Positions 27,220 through 40,274 are shown, counted from the whole stretch's first letter. The stretch is 63,103 bases of DNA, filler included, from Octopus bimaculoides (GCF_001194135.2; 6 parts of 6 records of this genome joined end to end with filler, not necessarily neighbours in it), one strand, 5' to 3'. Notes: a model not told the origin generated them from the letters alone. A program made the numbers and translations.

Positions 27220-29054
27220 NNNNNNNNNNNNNNNNNNNNNNNNNNNNNNNNNNNNNNNNNNNNNNNNNNNNNNNNNNNNNNNNNNNNNNNNNNNNNNNNN
27301 NNNNNNNNNNNNNNNNNNNNNNNNNNNNNNNNNNNNNNNNNNNNNNNNNNNNNNNNNNNNNNNNNNNNNNNNNNNNNNNNNNNNNNNNNNNNNNNNNNNN
27401 NNNNNNNNNNNNNNNNNNNNNNNNNNNNNNNNNNNNNNNNNNNNNNNNNNNNNNNNNNNNNNNNNNNNNNNNNNNNATATATATATACATATATGTGTGT
27501 GTTGAAAGAGAGAGAGAAGCAGAGAGTGAGAGGGAGATAGAGAAGAAGGAGAGAGAGAGAGAGTTTGTTCACATGTGAGTTAAGAGGAATTATATAATAT
27601 CCGAACATTGGTTTCATACATTTCTGCTCGACTCTGCAATAAGTTGACCGAATGAATATAAGAAATTACGGTCGAAATTGCTTCCGCAATATTTTCAAAT
27701 AAGCAAGTGTTATTCGCAAACAATTGCTGTCCATCATAAATTAGATGGCTCAGTGACAATAAACCTGATCGATTTCCGCATATGGTGTTGTTGTTATGGG
27801 ATTATTCAAAACAGTAAGGAGTATTCTGAAAGGTCCCTGTATCCAGTTTTTCACACCAGTATCATTGCTAATATTGTTTATATTCGAGCTGTGTCCCATT
27901 TATATCGATTTCCGAAATGTAGTATGGAAATTTTTAGGTCAGGGTCTGGGATATTTTCTCCGCTGGTTATGTCGTTGTTCTTCGCTGTAGGAAATCTTAC
28001 TTTTGATTTTCGGCAACATCTGTGATATACGATATTTTGTTTTCAGATATATTCATTGGTTATTTACCATTCATCGTAATCCATTCCAGTGTTAGTTAAA
28101 GTAATACGAAAGCAATAGACTGAAACAGTACAGGTTTTACTTACTGCATTTTAAGCTTTCAGAAATAAATAAAAATCTTTTACAAATTTTCACCTTCTTC
28201 CCATATGTCAGCTAAACATCATCTTTAATATAGTTAAATATTTTAACATATTCAGAACACTATTTCAGAAAATTATGTTCGTTCTCTTTAATGAAACAAA
28301 TGACAATTTAAGTAGGACCAAATGAAGAAGTGTTTATAAGGTTAGATGCCTCTTTCGTTTTCGATACTTAAGCTTAAAGAAGTTTCATACGTATTAATAT
28401 CCATCACTAGACACGAGAAGGTTTAGAAATGCCAAACAATAAATAATAAAAATAGGTCAAGTGAAAGATATCTTTGAAATATGGTACATGATATAAAATT
28501 AAGGAATCTCGACTAAATGTAAAAGCTGAACATAAAATATTCTCTATAGCTTCTTTACAATCTGCTGGAGTGTCTTTCGCCCTAATATATATATATATAT
28601 ATATACATACGAACCATGTTGATAAAGATAAGAAATTATTGAAATTAATCTCAATTGTAATTCGGTCAAATTTGAGGAACAATGCCTTGAATAAAAAGTA
28701 TCTGTCTGACGATGATATTTCAAACTCTCTCAAATTCAGCGACCTATATTCTGGCTAGTTTTTAATCCAACAGTTGATCCAACAGTACAAAACACTTACT
28801 ATATAATAGTTTCATACAGATTAAGAAAAACTGACCGAAATCTGAAATTATTCACTTTCCTCCACATTCCCATTGTGCAGCCATTAATTTCATATTAGTG
28901 TTTTATGATATTTTGTAACTCTGTAATTTGATTATCGTTTTTGAAGTTTAAACAAATTTTACTTCTTTTTAGAGGTATAAAAATTGAGTGAGAATTCTAA
29001 ACGAAGATACCAAAACTTAACATTTTTATAGTTTTAGTATTTTCTTTGAGTCAA

Positions 29055-29684
29055 GGCGGCGAACTGGCAGAGACGTTAGCACTCCGGGCGAAATACTAAG
29101 CGGTATTTCGTCTACCACTGCGTTCTGAGTTCAAATTCCGCCGAGGTCGACTTTGCCTTTCATCCTTTCGGGGTCGATAAATTAAGTACCAGTTACGCAC
29201 TGGGGTCGATATAATCGACTTAATCCGCTTGTCTGTCCTTGTTTGTCCCCTCTGTGTGTAGCCCCTTGTGGGCAGTAAAGAAATAGGTATTTCGTCTGTC
29301 TTTACGTTCTGAGTTCAAATTCCGCCGAAGTCGACTTTTTGCCTTCTATCAATTCGGGGTCGATAAATTAAGTACCAGTTGCGCANNNNNNNNNNCCTTT
29401 CGGGGTCGATAAATTAAGTACCAGTTACGCACTGGGGTCGATATAATCGACTTAATCCGCTTGTCTGTCCTTGTTTGTCCCCTCTGTGTGTAGCCCCTTG
29501 TGGGCAGTAAAGAAATAGGTATTTCGTCTGTCTTTACGTTCTGAGTTCAAATTCCGCCGAAGTCGACTTTTTGCCTTCTATCAATTCGGGGTCGATAAAT
29601 TAAGTACCAGTTGCGCACTGGAGTTGATCTAATCGCGTGGCCCCTCCCCAAAACTTCGGGCTTTGTGCCTAGAGTAGAAAAGAT
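29055..29684 (+). mobile_element. SINE family A, composite (head plus two bodies), young, with 17-bp target-site duplication
   Basis: Starts ggcggcgaactggcag; B-box-like gagttcaaattcc. TATTTTCTTTGAGTCAA at 29038-29054 and 29685-29701. About 222 bp is duplicated across the 10-N gap. Confidence 0.95.
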
Positions 29685-30589
29685 TATTTTCTTTGAGTCA
29701 ATTAATGGTTTAAGATTATTTTGGAGTACAACCGAATTTATTTAACCTTTTATTTAGTCTCTGCAGATGCTTATACAATCAATCTCGAAACCGCGAATTT
29801 TAAAATTTATCAGAACAGAATTTGAACTGTTAACATAGAATTATTTGTTCAAATACTTCAAACTATACGATTCAATACACTTTGAATTTTCCCGTCCACC
29901 CATGTAATATCTAAGTTAAATACTTTCGTCCAACATATTCATATTATTATAAGTAAAAAGCATTTCTCCTCTCCAAATAGCACAGCGTGAATTATGTATC
30001 ATTGCCAGGAATGAGCATGTCGTTCCCGTGCTTAGAATTCATTTAAAGTGACAGGAATTGAATACTGCATATTTCACAGTATGGATTCATGCAGCGATTG
30101 CTTGGAATAATTGGATGAAAATGATGTATAGAATCTCGCACGAACGTATACTTCTATCGACATATGTGTACGTGTTTGCGAATATGTATGTATATATGTA
30201 CACCCATACACACGCATGTATGCATATGCATATATACATATATATATGCAGGTATTCTAATATACATAAATATACATAATTGCGCGCTTGTGTATGTACG
30301 TGTGTATGTGTGTGTATTTATGTGTGTGTGTGTATGTACGTAAGCTTGGTTTTGCAAAGCAGAGAGAGAACAGAATATGAAGAAGTGTACGTCAATTCTT
30401 AGGTTATGGACCACGAAAACTATAGCAACAATTCAACGATGGTCTGTGGTTCCATATTGGAGCACATTTCTCACAGTTTAATAAAATGCTTTTGCTTGAA
30501 AAACCACGTCTCTGTAAATTCTGTAGTATCTTGCTATTTCGAAAATTGTGCGAAATGTGGAAGCTTGACAGTGGGAGTTTAAAATTCAG

Positions 30590-30870
30590 ACTGGTTAACA
30601 TTCTTGATTATATAGTAGTACTAGATAAAGAGAAGTGCCAGATAATTGACTTTGCACTCCCAAATGATGAAGCCATTAATATGAAAAGTATAGAAAAAAC
30701 AGCAAAGTACCCAGACCTAGCTATTGAATTACAAAGACTATGGAAACGGTGTTAGTAGGGACAGTTAGGATACTTCGGAACAGTCGTGGCATCTAAGGTT
30801 ACTTACTGTGACCCGATGTTAGGATTCTATTCTTTTCCAGCTATCTAATCTGTTGAGTGTATATGAATAA
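30590..30870 (+). mobile_element. RLE-type non-LTR retrotransposon (R4/Dong-like) endonuclease fragment and 3' end
   Basis: Peptide DYIVVLDKEKCQIIDFALPNDEAINMKSIEKTAKYPDLAIELQRLWK fits the PD..D / K..KY restriction-like endonuclease domain, followed by GTVRILR-like remnant. Confidence 0.8.
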
Positions 30871-30894
30871 TGACGATGCTATCTACTGAAGGGA

Positions 30895-31055
30895 CAAGGA
30901 GTGAAATTTGGGGGAGAGGAGGAGTAAATCAACAGCAACGACCCTAGTATTTGACTGGAATATATTTTATTGACACCGAGAGAATGAAACGCAATGTTGA
31001 CTTCGGTGGAATTCGAAAGAACGTGAAACTGGATGAAATGTTGCAGAAAAATACG
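30895..31055 (-). mobile_element. SINE family A, diverged
   Basis: gaaatttgggggagagg...gaccctagtatttgactgg...attgacaccgagagaatgaaacgcaatgttgacttcggtggaattcgaa. Confidence 0.65.
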
Positions 31056-31338
31056 TTACCGGCCAGCCATGAGACCCGATCTCACATCACTGCGATTACG
31101 CGTCAAGGGATTTACCATCAAGCTAAACTGCCCAGTAACGAATTCTTCTGGAATTTTAGAACTTATAAATTTAGCTTCATAAGACGCAAACGTTCAATTC
31201 AACTTACGATGAAAGTAAACAAAGTTTGTTTTAGAAGCGATGAGATGTATTGAAAGATACTGAAATAATTTTTTTAATTCTTAAATGTTTATGAAGCTAA
31301 ATTTATAAGTTCTAGATTTACAAAATAATTTGTTACTT

Positions 31339-31410
31339 GGCAGCTTAGCTTAATGGTAAAGCACTTGGGGCGTAATCACAGTGATGTGAGTTCGAGTCTG
31401 CAATGTATGG
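31339..31410 (+). pseudogene. tRNA-like relic (pseudo-tRNA or SINE head)
   Basis: A-box TAGCTTAATGG, D stem GCTT/AAGC, B-box GTTCGAGTC, CGT in the anticodon position. Acceptor, anticodon and T stems pair poorly. Confidence 0.55.
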
Positions 31411-32653
31411 ATAATCTATCCTAATCACGTTTTTTATTAGCATTTCTGTATCTTTCAGTACATCTGAACGCTTCTAAAACAAACTTTATTTGTTTACTTT
31501 CATCGTAATAATAATAATTATAATAATAATATGATATCGATGACTGTAAAATCGGCAGTTACTTCGATACAGGACTTCTTCCACGGGTCGAAATGAAGTG
31601 ATGTGGCAGTTTTGGTGCCCTTAGCAGACGATTGGCGTTTGCCGACGATATATATAAGGGTGCGTTTAAGCACCATGTTTTCATATGAGATGTCTTCTCA
31701 CGCTAAATTCAGCAGAATATGATGTTGTAACACAACATACACATTAAGTTATATATAAGTATTGCCTTATAACAATATTGACATGAAAATCGTATATAAA
31801 TCACAGAAATATCTTGACAAGGGCATAGTCATCTTAAATATTATAGATAAAATAGAACAAAATTACGTTCCCATTATACGCTTAAAGAAATAATATACCA
31901 TATGTAAGAAACCATATGATAGTTTATGTACATTTATACATTCTTATGGTAATTACATTACTCGTCTGCTAGAGCATTAGAAAATGTTAATGTAAAATAT
32001 TCTAATTGAATCAAAAACAAAAATTATCTATTCTCTGACATACATTTTATAAATTTCCAGTAAATTCCATTGAAGTATTTCAGACAGTATATGTTCGGAA
32101 GTTTGCCTTTGCATATTAATATTAACATATATNNNNNNNNNNNNNNNNNTATATATATATACACACACACATACATATACATATACATACATAGACAAAC
32201 TCACGCAAGCACACATATATAAGACTGTATATAAGATCTATATAGGGTGAGAAGACTACCATGGGACCTTCTTGCATGCTAAAAAGGATAGTTTTCTGCA
32301 CGTATTATAGTTTCATAATCATACATTTTCTAGGGACTCTACTGACAAGTCGCAATTGTTTAATTTATCGAGTAATTAATTAATTAATTAATTGATTTGT
32401 TTGATCATTAATGGTGAAGCTCATGGTTGTAGATCAGAGTTAACTGAGATTTTTATTCATTCAAGTATCCTTCTCGCTTGCTAGCAATGTGCCATAAATA
32501 AGAATGTTTTTGCTGTGGTGTGTAACCTAGGGAGTAGAGGAATTTCCCGGCGCCATATTTGAAAGTTGTCGAGGGTCAAAATTTCTGATCTGGGTTTATG
32601 AGGAGAGTGGAGTTCGTCGTTCAAGTAATGATTCATTTTCTTCTCCTGTGCAG

Positions 32654-32715
32654 GGACTACTTTGTTTAGCCCGTTGATGGAAGTCATATCTCATTCAATG
32701 ATAGCCCACAGGATG
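32654..32715 (+). other. Candidate 62-nt exon; unverified
   Basis: Acceptor tcattttcttctcctgtgcag, donor GATG|gtaagg, one open frame (xTTLFSPLMEVISHSMIAHRM). Confidence 0.25.
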
Positions 32716-32848
32716 GTAAGGGATCATGCTGATTGCAAGTGAGCAAATTACAGATTTTCCTGTTAATCTTTATTTCGCTCATATTCCAGTTCAACGCATT
32801 GAAACTGTAAATAACAACTGGAACTGCTAAGGAATTAATAACTAATAT

Positions 32849-33127
32849 CTTATTTACATTATTTACATTTGACGGATATTTGTCCTCATCTTGTTTGTTG
32901 TTACCACAACGTTTCGCCTGATATACACTGCAGCCTTCTTAAGGTGCCTTCGAGAAATTTCGAACTTGTGTTCTCATTGACGTTATTTTTCTTTTTGTTG
33001 TTATTATTCAGGTCATTGCCTGGAATCGAACTCGTAATCGTGGGGTTAGTGGCCCGCCATATGCCCACGGGCATATGGCGTAACTGAGCTTATGCATAAT
33101 ACTCAAGTTGTAAATAATGTAAATAAG
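32849..33127 (-). mobile_element. tRNA-headed SINE-like element with Penelope-type hammerhead relic, in head-to-head inverted arrangement
   Basis: Minus strand reads GGGCATATGGCG...CTAACCCC...GAGTTCGATTCCAGGC (B box), A-rich linker, hammerhead-like core, then TGTAAATAA repeats. 12-bp palindrome at 33055-33080; perfect 19-bp inverted ends at 32849-32867 and 33109-33127. Confidence 0.75.
32904..32947 (-). ncRNA. Minimal type I hammerhead ribozyme motif, mutated and probably inactive
   Basis: GCAC CTTAAGA A GGCTG cagtgtatat CAGGC GAAA CG TT GTGG: stem I CAC/GTG, stem II 4 of 5 pairs, intact GAAA, palindromic CG stem III, GUU cleavage triplet; CUGANGA box changed to CUUAAGA. Confidence 0.6.
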
Positions 33128-33791
33128 GTACCTAATTCCTCATCTCTTAAATACAGAACTGTATTTCAATTTATAATAGCTGAATATAATCGTTTATACT
33201 ACCTAATATTAAGGAAGGGATTTTCAAGCTGTTTGTAGTAACACTATGTAATGCATTCATTCTCTGTACAATACACTCCTTGTCAATGAAAATCATTGTG
33301 ATTTTCCCACACTACATCTCAATTTACTGCTAATAATTGTGCTCGAAAAATAGTGCAGCAGTAGTTTCTGATATTTTCGACTTTGTTAACCCCATTTCTC
33401 TTGGTTACTCCATTATTAAGTATAGATTAAATATTAGAATCGTCTAAATTAATGAATTAACTATTATCGACAATATTTAATTAGCGAAATACTGAAGATG
33501 GTATGATCGGCCCTTAGTTAGATGTAAGACATAGATGAAACAATTTATGTGTCAACGAAGCATAATTCAACGTCGTACAACCTATGTGCTCTGATCAATG
33601 GCTGCTGAATGGGGCTAAACAATTAGCGAACTACTTGGAGATGATACTAATGCAGCCATCATGTAAACATATTTAGACTGGAAATACACGTAACGCACAC
33701 ACACGCACAACACATATATACACATATGCATCTATCTCTCTATCTATCCATCTATCAATATATACATATATGTGTGTGTGTGTTTGTGTGT

Positions 33792-33823
<32 letters not shown>

Positions 33824-36704
33824 NNNNNNNNNNNNNNNNNNNNNNNNNNNNNNNNNNNNNNNNNNNNNNNNNNNNNNNNNNNNNNNNNNNNNNNNNNNNN
33901 NNNNNNNNNNNNNNNNNNNNNNNNNNNNNNNNNNNNNNNNNNNNNNNNNNNNNNNNNNNNNNNNNNNNNNNNNNNNNNNNNNNNNNNNNNNNNNNNNNNN
34001 NNNNNNNNNNNNNNNNNNNNNNNNNNNNNNNNNNNNNNNNNNNNNNNNNNNNNNNNNNNNNNNNNNNNNNNNNNNNNNNNNNNNNNNNNNNNNNNNNNNN
34101 NNNNNNNNNNNNNNNNNNNNNNNNNNNNNNNNNNNNNNNNNNNNNNNNNNNNNNNNNNNNNNNNNNNNNNAGTTAATGTAATATAACAATGGCATAAATT
34201 TAAAATAATGAAGTCATGTACACAATACAATAGATGCTAAAATAAATTGCTTCATCTTCATCATTATCATCATCCTTATTGCTGTCCTCATTATCATTGT
34301 TTCAGCATCACGATCATCATCATTGACGTCCCCATCATCATTCACACACATGCAAGACTCATATATAACCATCCTTCAAAAATCAAACTTCTAGCTTTCT
34401 TTCTTTTTTATTTTCAGCTATTCTTTCTCGTTCATTTCACATTCTCCATTTTGTGTATTTTCCACATTACGTTCATTAAGTATTTTTTATTTAATTCAAA
34501 TTTTGCTTCCTCATTAAATTTTCTCCCTCGTTTTTAATCTTGAAAATTGAAGATTAATTTTCAATCACGTGACATTAACTGTTCAATAATTATGATGTGT
34601 TTCCACCATCTTATGCTCTTTCGTAGCTTTCCCCTTTCCCGACCTGATTTCACTAAAAATGAATAAATAAATAAATCACTCAATAAATTTTGAATGAACA
34701 AATAAAAATGAATTTTGAATTAATCGTTAGATTACGTTATATTCATTAAATCGCTTCACCTTTTTTCATTAAAGGTATCTTTTCAGAGATTTAATTTATT
34801 CTCATATGGAATTTATGGTGATTAGCTTAACGTAAAATACGATCAATGAGAAATTTTAGGGAGCTTTTAAATGTAGCAAATCATTAATATCTCTGTATGA
34901 ATACTACTTCAAATCATCGAACGTACTTAAGGGAATAGATGTAATTACTTCAGCACGCATGTCCTTATGAACAGATGATGTGAAACAAAATGGACGTCAT
35001 ACAGTTTACACGATAACATGAAGGAAGTTATTAATGATTTTATTTTTCTTCTAATGTCAGACTAGAGAAGAGATGAAACTGCCCATATATTTGAAATCTC
35101 CTTTAAATTCTCAGCATTCGTGAAGATGATGTTTAACATGAAACATTGGCTGATAAATAGCTGCCGGGAAGACTTTGACGAAACAAAACGACTGGAGTAC
35201 GCTACGTATGCCACAGGATAAATTTTTTCTCTTGTTGATTCTAAACGGGTTATTGCTTCGATATAATGGTAGTCTCCGGTAGCACGAGAAAGATGGTTCT
35301 GCAATTGTTTTTTCTTAATAACCTGCACTAACCATTTGTTTATGGTTATCGAATGTTTGTGTTGTACATCAACTCCGACCTACCAGCAAATCGACGTTGC
35401 CTGAAGACGTGGTACGGTTTACCGCACGTGAGGTATAGAAGGGATCGTAGAGCACCATGACATCTCGCTATCGTGAGGCCAACGCCCAAAAAGCTACTTT
35501 CTGCACCTACACCGCACCGGTATATATTGTTTTAAAACAGGCATATGAGCGGATTTTATTCCAGGCAATTCCACAACACCATGCTCTCTAACAATTACAT
35601 ATGCATGACTCAGATATTGATTCCAATATATAATATTTTAATTTTTTACACTGGGATCATTTCCTGCAGCCTGCCAAGCTTCCAGAATATCAATGAATGG
35701 CTTATTCATAGTTTCCTATATATTAATTAATTGATTTCATTTAAGCCGCTGAGCACAGTGTGAACGGCACTGACAACATTGAAGAAAGTCAAAACATATG
35801 CGTCATTATCGTGTGTCACTGCAGTGACGATGACTGTCTCGCTTACCTATGTATTGTATTCTTAACACAAGTTTATTAAAAGATTTTATCGGAAACAGTT
35901 TATAGCATCACCCCTAGAAATGATGTCTATACATTTAGTATGATACTCAGATGGGGATATTAATTTAACGGTCTTTCTATGGCATACACCGAAATTTGTT
36001 CTAAAGTTTGGCAAGCTTCCGAAATATCATTGAATGCTATCTTTACTGTTTCCTATTCCTCGAAGCATACATTTTGCTGAAACAGGTCACAGCTGAGTGC
36101 ACAGCACTGACAAGCCTTAAAAGCAGCGAAAAGCACCTGTCGTTCTCGGTATTCACTTCATTCAGATACATATTGTCTTTCATGCAAAAATCGATGATGA
36201 GATTTTATCTTAGATAATTCTACTGCATAATGCCTTCTAATGGTTCGTATACATTAAGTATAAAACATAGATGACAGTCATTCTTCAGTATTTCTGTATT
36301 ACGATCAGAGGTATTTATTTCTTTGATATTAAGAGGTGAAGCTAAACATAGCACATTTAGTTTGAAACTATAATAAATAATCCAAAATGCTACGGATTTT
36401 ACAGACAAAATGCAGTAATGGCCTCAAGGGAATTTATTCTCATGAATCTATATTTTCAAGTAAATTTGTGAATGTGAATGTCATCTGAGAATAGTAAAAA
36501 AATGTATTGCTGTAATTCACCCACTTCCCGAGGGAAAAACACACATCAGCTTAAATACTAGGCATTAAGAAGATTTCTTAGCTTACTATACTCCATGCAT
36601 TACAATCACAGCTACACATAATTGAAGAACGGGGAAATACATACATATGCATATATGGAAACATGCATACATAAGTACATGCATACATAAGTACATACAT
36701 ACAT

Positions 36705-36792
<88 letters not shown>

Positions 36793-36837
36793 TGTGTGTG
36801 TGTGCGTGGGTGTGTGTTTGTGTGTGTGTATGTATAC

Positions 36838-36883
<46 letters not shown>

Positions 36884-37189
36884 TTACAATGCTGTATGCA
36901 TATGATATGAATGTGCATGTGTGATTGTGTGTGTGTGTATGTGCGCACGAGTGTGAATATAAATTAAATATTATGTAACTTGAAACATGCATTGTGCAGA
37001 ACGCCTTATTGCTATTCCTAATATATGAATTGTGTTGGGTCAACATTTTTGCAACTCTTTGTTAACCTATTCGCTTTATTCATCAAGTTACATGAAAATC
37101 AGTCTAGCATTCAAATGACAGATGATTGTGTTGCATCGTCTAACTCTAACTTTCTGCGAGGTCTTTGATCCTTTGCTAATAGCAGGTTT

Positions 37190-37830
37190 TGTCCTTCGAG
37201 GCGAAGAACTCCGTCCTGAAGCCTCCAATTCCATTTAAAGTGAGCCATGGATTAAAACAAGGAATAATCTGAGGTCAGTACTATATGATAGGTGCGGAAT
37301 CAGTTCGTTTCCCTAACGTTCTGGGATTTCATTCCGAGTCGCTCCTGTTATATGAGGTCACACGTTGTCTTGCTGCCAAAGAGCTCGCTTTCTTTTAACC
37401 AATGCCAGGTATCTTTGCCCACAATGACATACTTCTGCTCCGGGTGTTAGAAGTACAAGTTGACGTCACTGGTTCGACAGTCCAGAACCAATTCGTAGTG
37501 AAATGTCCCCTCATAAATCCACCAGGCGCAGAGCATCAGCTTGTGCTTGAAATGTCCATGTTTGGCAACAGTTTCCAAAAGCTGGCCTTTGATCAACTAC
37601 GTTAGGATTGCGGAAAATATACCTGCCTCGGATTATAAACTTGTTCCAATCCATAGCTCACTTCCTACGTTCGTGTTGCTTTATCAACCAAGAGAGAAAT
37701 GGGAGATTCAGTAAGATATTTCGACTCAAAGAACAAGAACTGTTAGAAAGATGGCTTCAGACAGTTCAGTAGAGGATGACCTCTACTTTGAATGATAAAC
37801 TGCCTTCGTAGAAATTTGACGGAAAAAGCA
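37190..37830 (-). mobile_element. Mariner transposase fragment, old and frameshifted
   Basis: Minus-strand peptide FKHKLMLCAWWIYEGTFHYELVLDCRTSDVNLY resembles the mariner KVMLCVWW..G..H.ELL.....I...Y segment. Boundaries approximate. Confidence 0.75.
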
Positions 37831-38914
37831 AATAAGTGATGTTTGTGAAACTTTATTCTTTATTAAATTAACCACCAACTGTATTCTCGATGGTTCATTT
37901 CAAGTGAAAAATTACCGTAGAAATGTTTTTAGTTTCCTGTGCCACGATGTCTCTTTGCTGATCAGTCTGTTTTTATCCGGAAATGCAATTAGGCAATCTT
38001 TAATTTTTCTCCATCGTCATGTAACGCCGTGTACATTTCTTTCAAAGGTTGCATCAAATAATTTTTTTAAAAGAATGGTAATGTTGAAGATTTTTAATTA
38101 AGTATTGATTCTATTTAATCAATCATTAAGTAAAAGAGCAATGAACCTGCTATTATTTATGACACCTGGTTTATAATGTCTGCATTGTCCTGCTTCTCTT
38201 CTGCAATATGATTAGATATTATAATTTGAGTGAGAGTTGCAGCTTTCAGTGTTGCTTTGACACAGTCCATGTATCTTCGAAGATGGTAACCCTGTGTTCA
38301 TTTTCCTGATAGGAACACACGTATAGATATTGTATAAACATTCTTTTATCGTATTTTCATGCCACACACTCCCGTGCTCTCTCGCAATGCATTACAACTG
38401 TCAAAATGGATGTCATGAGAATCACCTGGAGGAAATAACCAACAAATCAACGTTGTATTTTCTTATTAAAAATGTGTAACATGCTGGTGCTACATGTCTA
38501 TGGAGGTCAGGATGGACGCACATCGATCAAGAGGTGTATGTTTTCTAAAGTATAAAATGAGACATACACACACGCAAACGCATACACGCACGTATGATAA
38601 GTGCATGTAATTAGCCGACATACAGTTAAAAAGTATATTGTCGATTGCTCTGACTTTGGAATTAAATTATCATGGATATCCACAGGAATGCGAATGCTAA
38701 GTGTTGCACAAAATTAGTTTTAATTTCATGAAGAGGCCGTAGAGAAGTGACAAAGTAATTTAGTCCAGACAGACTGAAGATTAGAGAGATTTGTCTGAGC
38801 TGCTAATCTTGGAGCCAGTATTCATTCCATATAAACACTGCTTATAGAAGTCTAGCAAAGATAACAAACACGGGATGTGTGTCGGTGTGTGTTCCTGTGT
38901 ATGTGTATGCGTGA

Positions 38915-38946
<32 letters not shown>

Positions 38947-39110
38947 ATGTATATATATATATATATTTTTTTTTTTTGATACACACAGAACAAAAAACAA
39001 TAGAGAAGAGTAAAAAACACTCGCCTTTAGTTAATTTAGTACAATTGTTTCACAGTTAAGAGTACANNNNNNNNNNNNNNNNNNNNNNNNNNNNNNNNNN
39101 NNNNNNNNNN

Positions 39111-39122
39111 TTAATTAATTAA
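39111..39122. other. Artificial scaffold-join linker
   Basis: N44-TTAATTAATTAA-N44. Confidence 0.95.
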
Positions 39123-39914
39123 NNNNNNNNNNNNNNNNNNNNNNNNNNNNNNNNNNNNNNNNNNNNTATATATATATATATATTATCTACATTGGAAATC
39201 TCAGCATGGTTGAACTACTGCCAAAATTCACATTTCCTTTTCAGTTATCTAAATAATAAACAACAATCACAAATTGTGTTATTTATGAACAGAGCTGACG
39301 TCGCTTACTGGATGAATTTCAGTGAGTCAAATGTCAAAAACGATCCTCTTAATTCTAAAGCGCTACGTAAGTCATATCATACGAAAAATATAAAAAAAGA
39401 GAAAAAAAACCCCCAAAATCCCAAACAATGAAAATAATAAAAATAAACATAAAAATAAAATGAAAGAAAAATATACGATGAAAAAAAAATTAAGAATAAA
39501 AATAAATTTAACTCAAATAAAATTGTCAGTACTTATACAATCATAGTCTGTTAACACCACCAATAGCAATAACAATAACAACAACAATATGCCATCAAAT
39601 CCATCGCTAATAATATCTATCAGGGACACTTTAATGTCCCTTGTTAGATAATGGGTTGCGCGCGCACCATACTCACAGTGTGTGATATTTCTCTCACCAA
39701 TGTCCATCATAAATTGCTCATAAGAAGCTAATGTCGCGTGAATTATTTCTCATTTCTTTATATATATATCCAGAATCGCGGTCATCATCATAATTTTTTT
39801 TCTCTATATTTCTATATCCAAGAAGTGGGTGTTTTTTTAAAAATATATTTTATGTTTTATAGCCGTGTCATAGAAGTTTCTCGGAGCTATCAAGAATAAA
39901 ATATTAATGTTCGT

Positions 39915-40026
39915 GAAGACAACGGCAGTGCTGACGATGAGGATGGTGATGGTGATGATGATGATGATGATGATGATGACGACGACGACGACGACGATGA
40001 TGATGATGATGGTGATGATGATGATG

Positions 40027-40083
<57 letters not shown>

Positions 40084-40218
40084 GAGCCGTGACGACGCCG
40101 ACGATGATGAACTTGATGATGATGATGATGATGATGATGACGATGACGATGATGATGATGAGATCGGCGACGACGACGATGATGATGATGATGACGATGA
40201 CGATGATGAGGACAACGA

Positions 40219-40274
<56 letters not shown>

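Noticed and set aside
29163-29616. Apparent 222-bp tandem duplication inside the composite SINE
   Set aside because: The copies are identical and meet at a 10-N gap, the signature of unmerged overlapping contig ends.
35398-35435. CTGAAGA followed by a hairpin (ACGTG/CACGT)
   Set aside because: No GAAA box or cleavage triplet follows.
35847-35915. Strong minus donor AG|gtaagc with upstream acceptor
   Set aside because: All three frames contain stops; could only be non-coding and has no other support.
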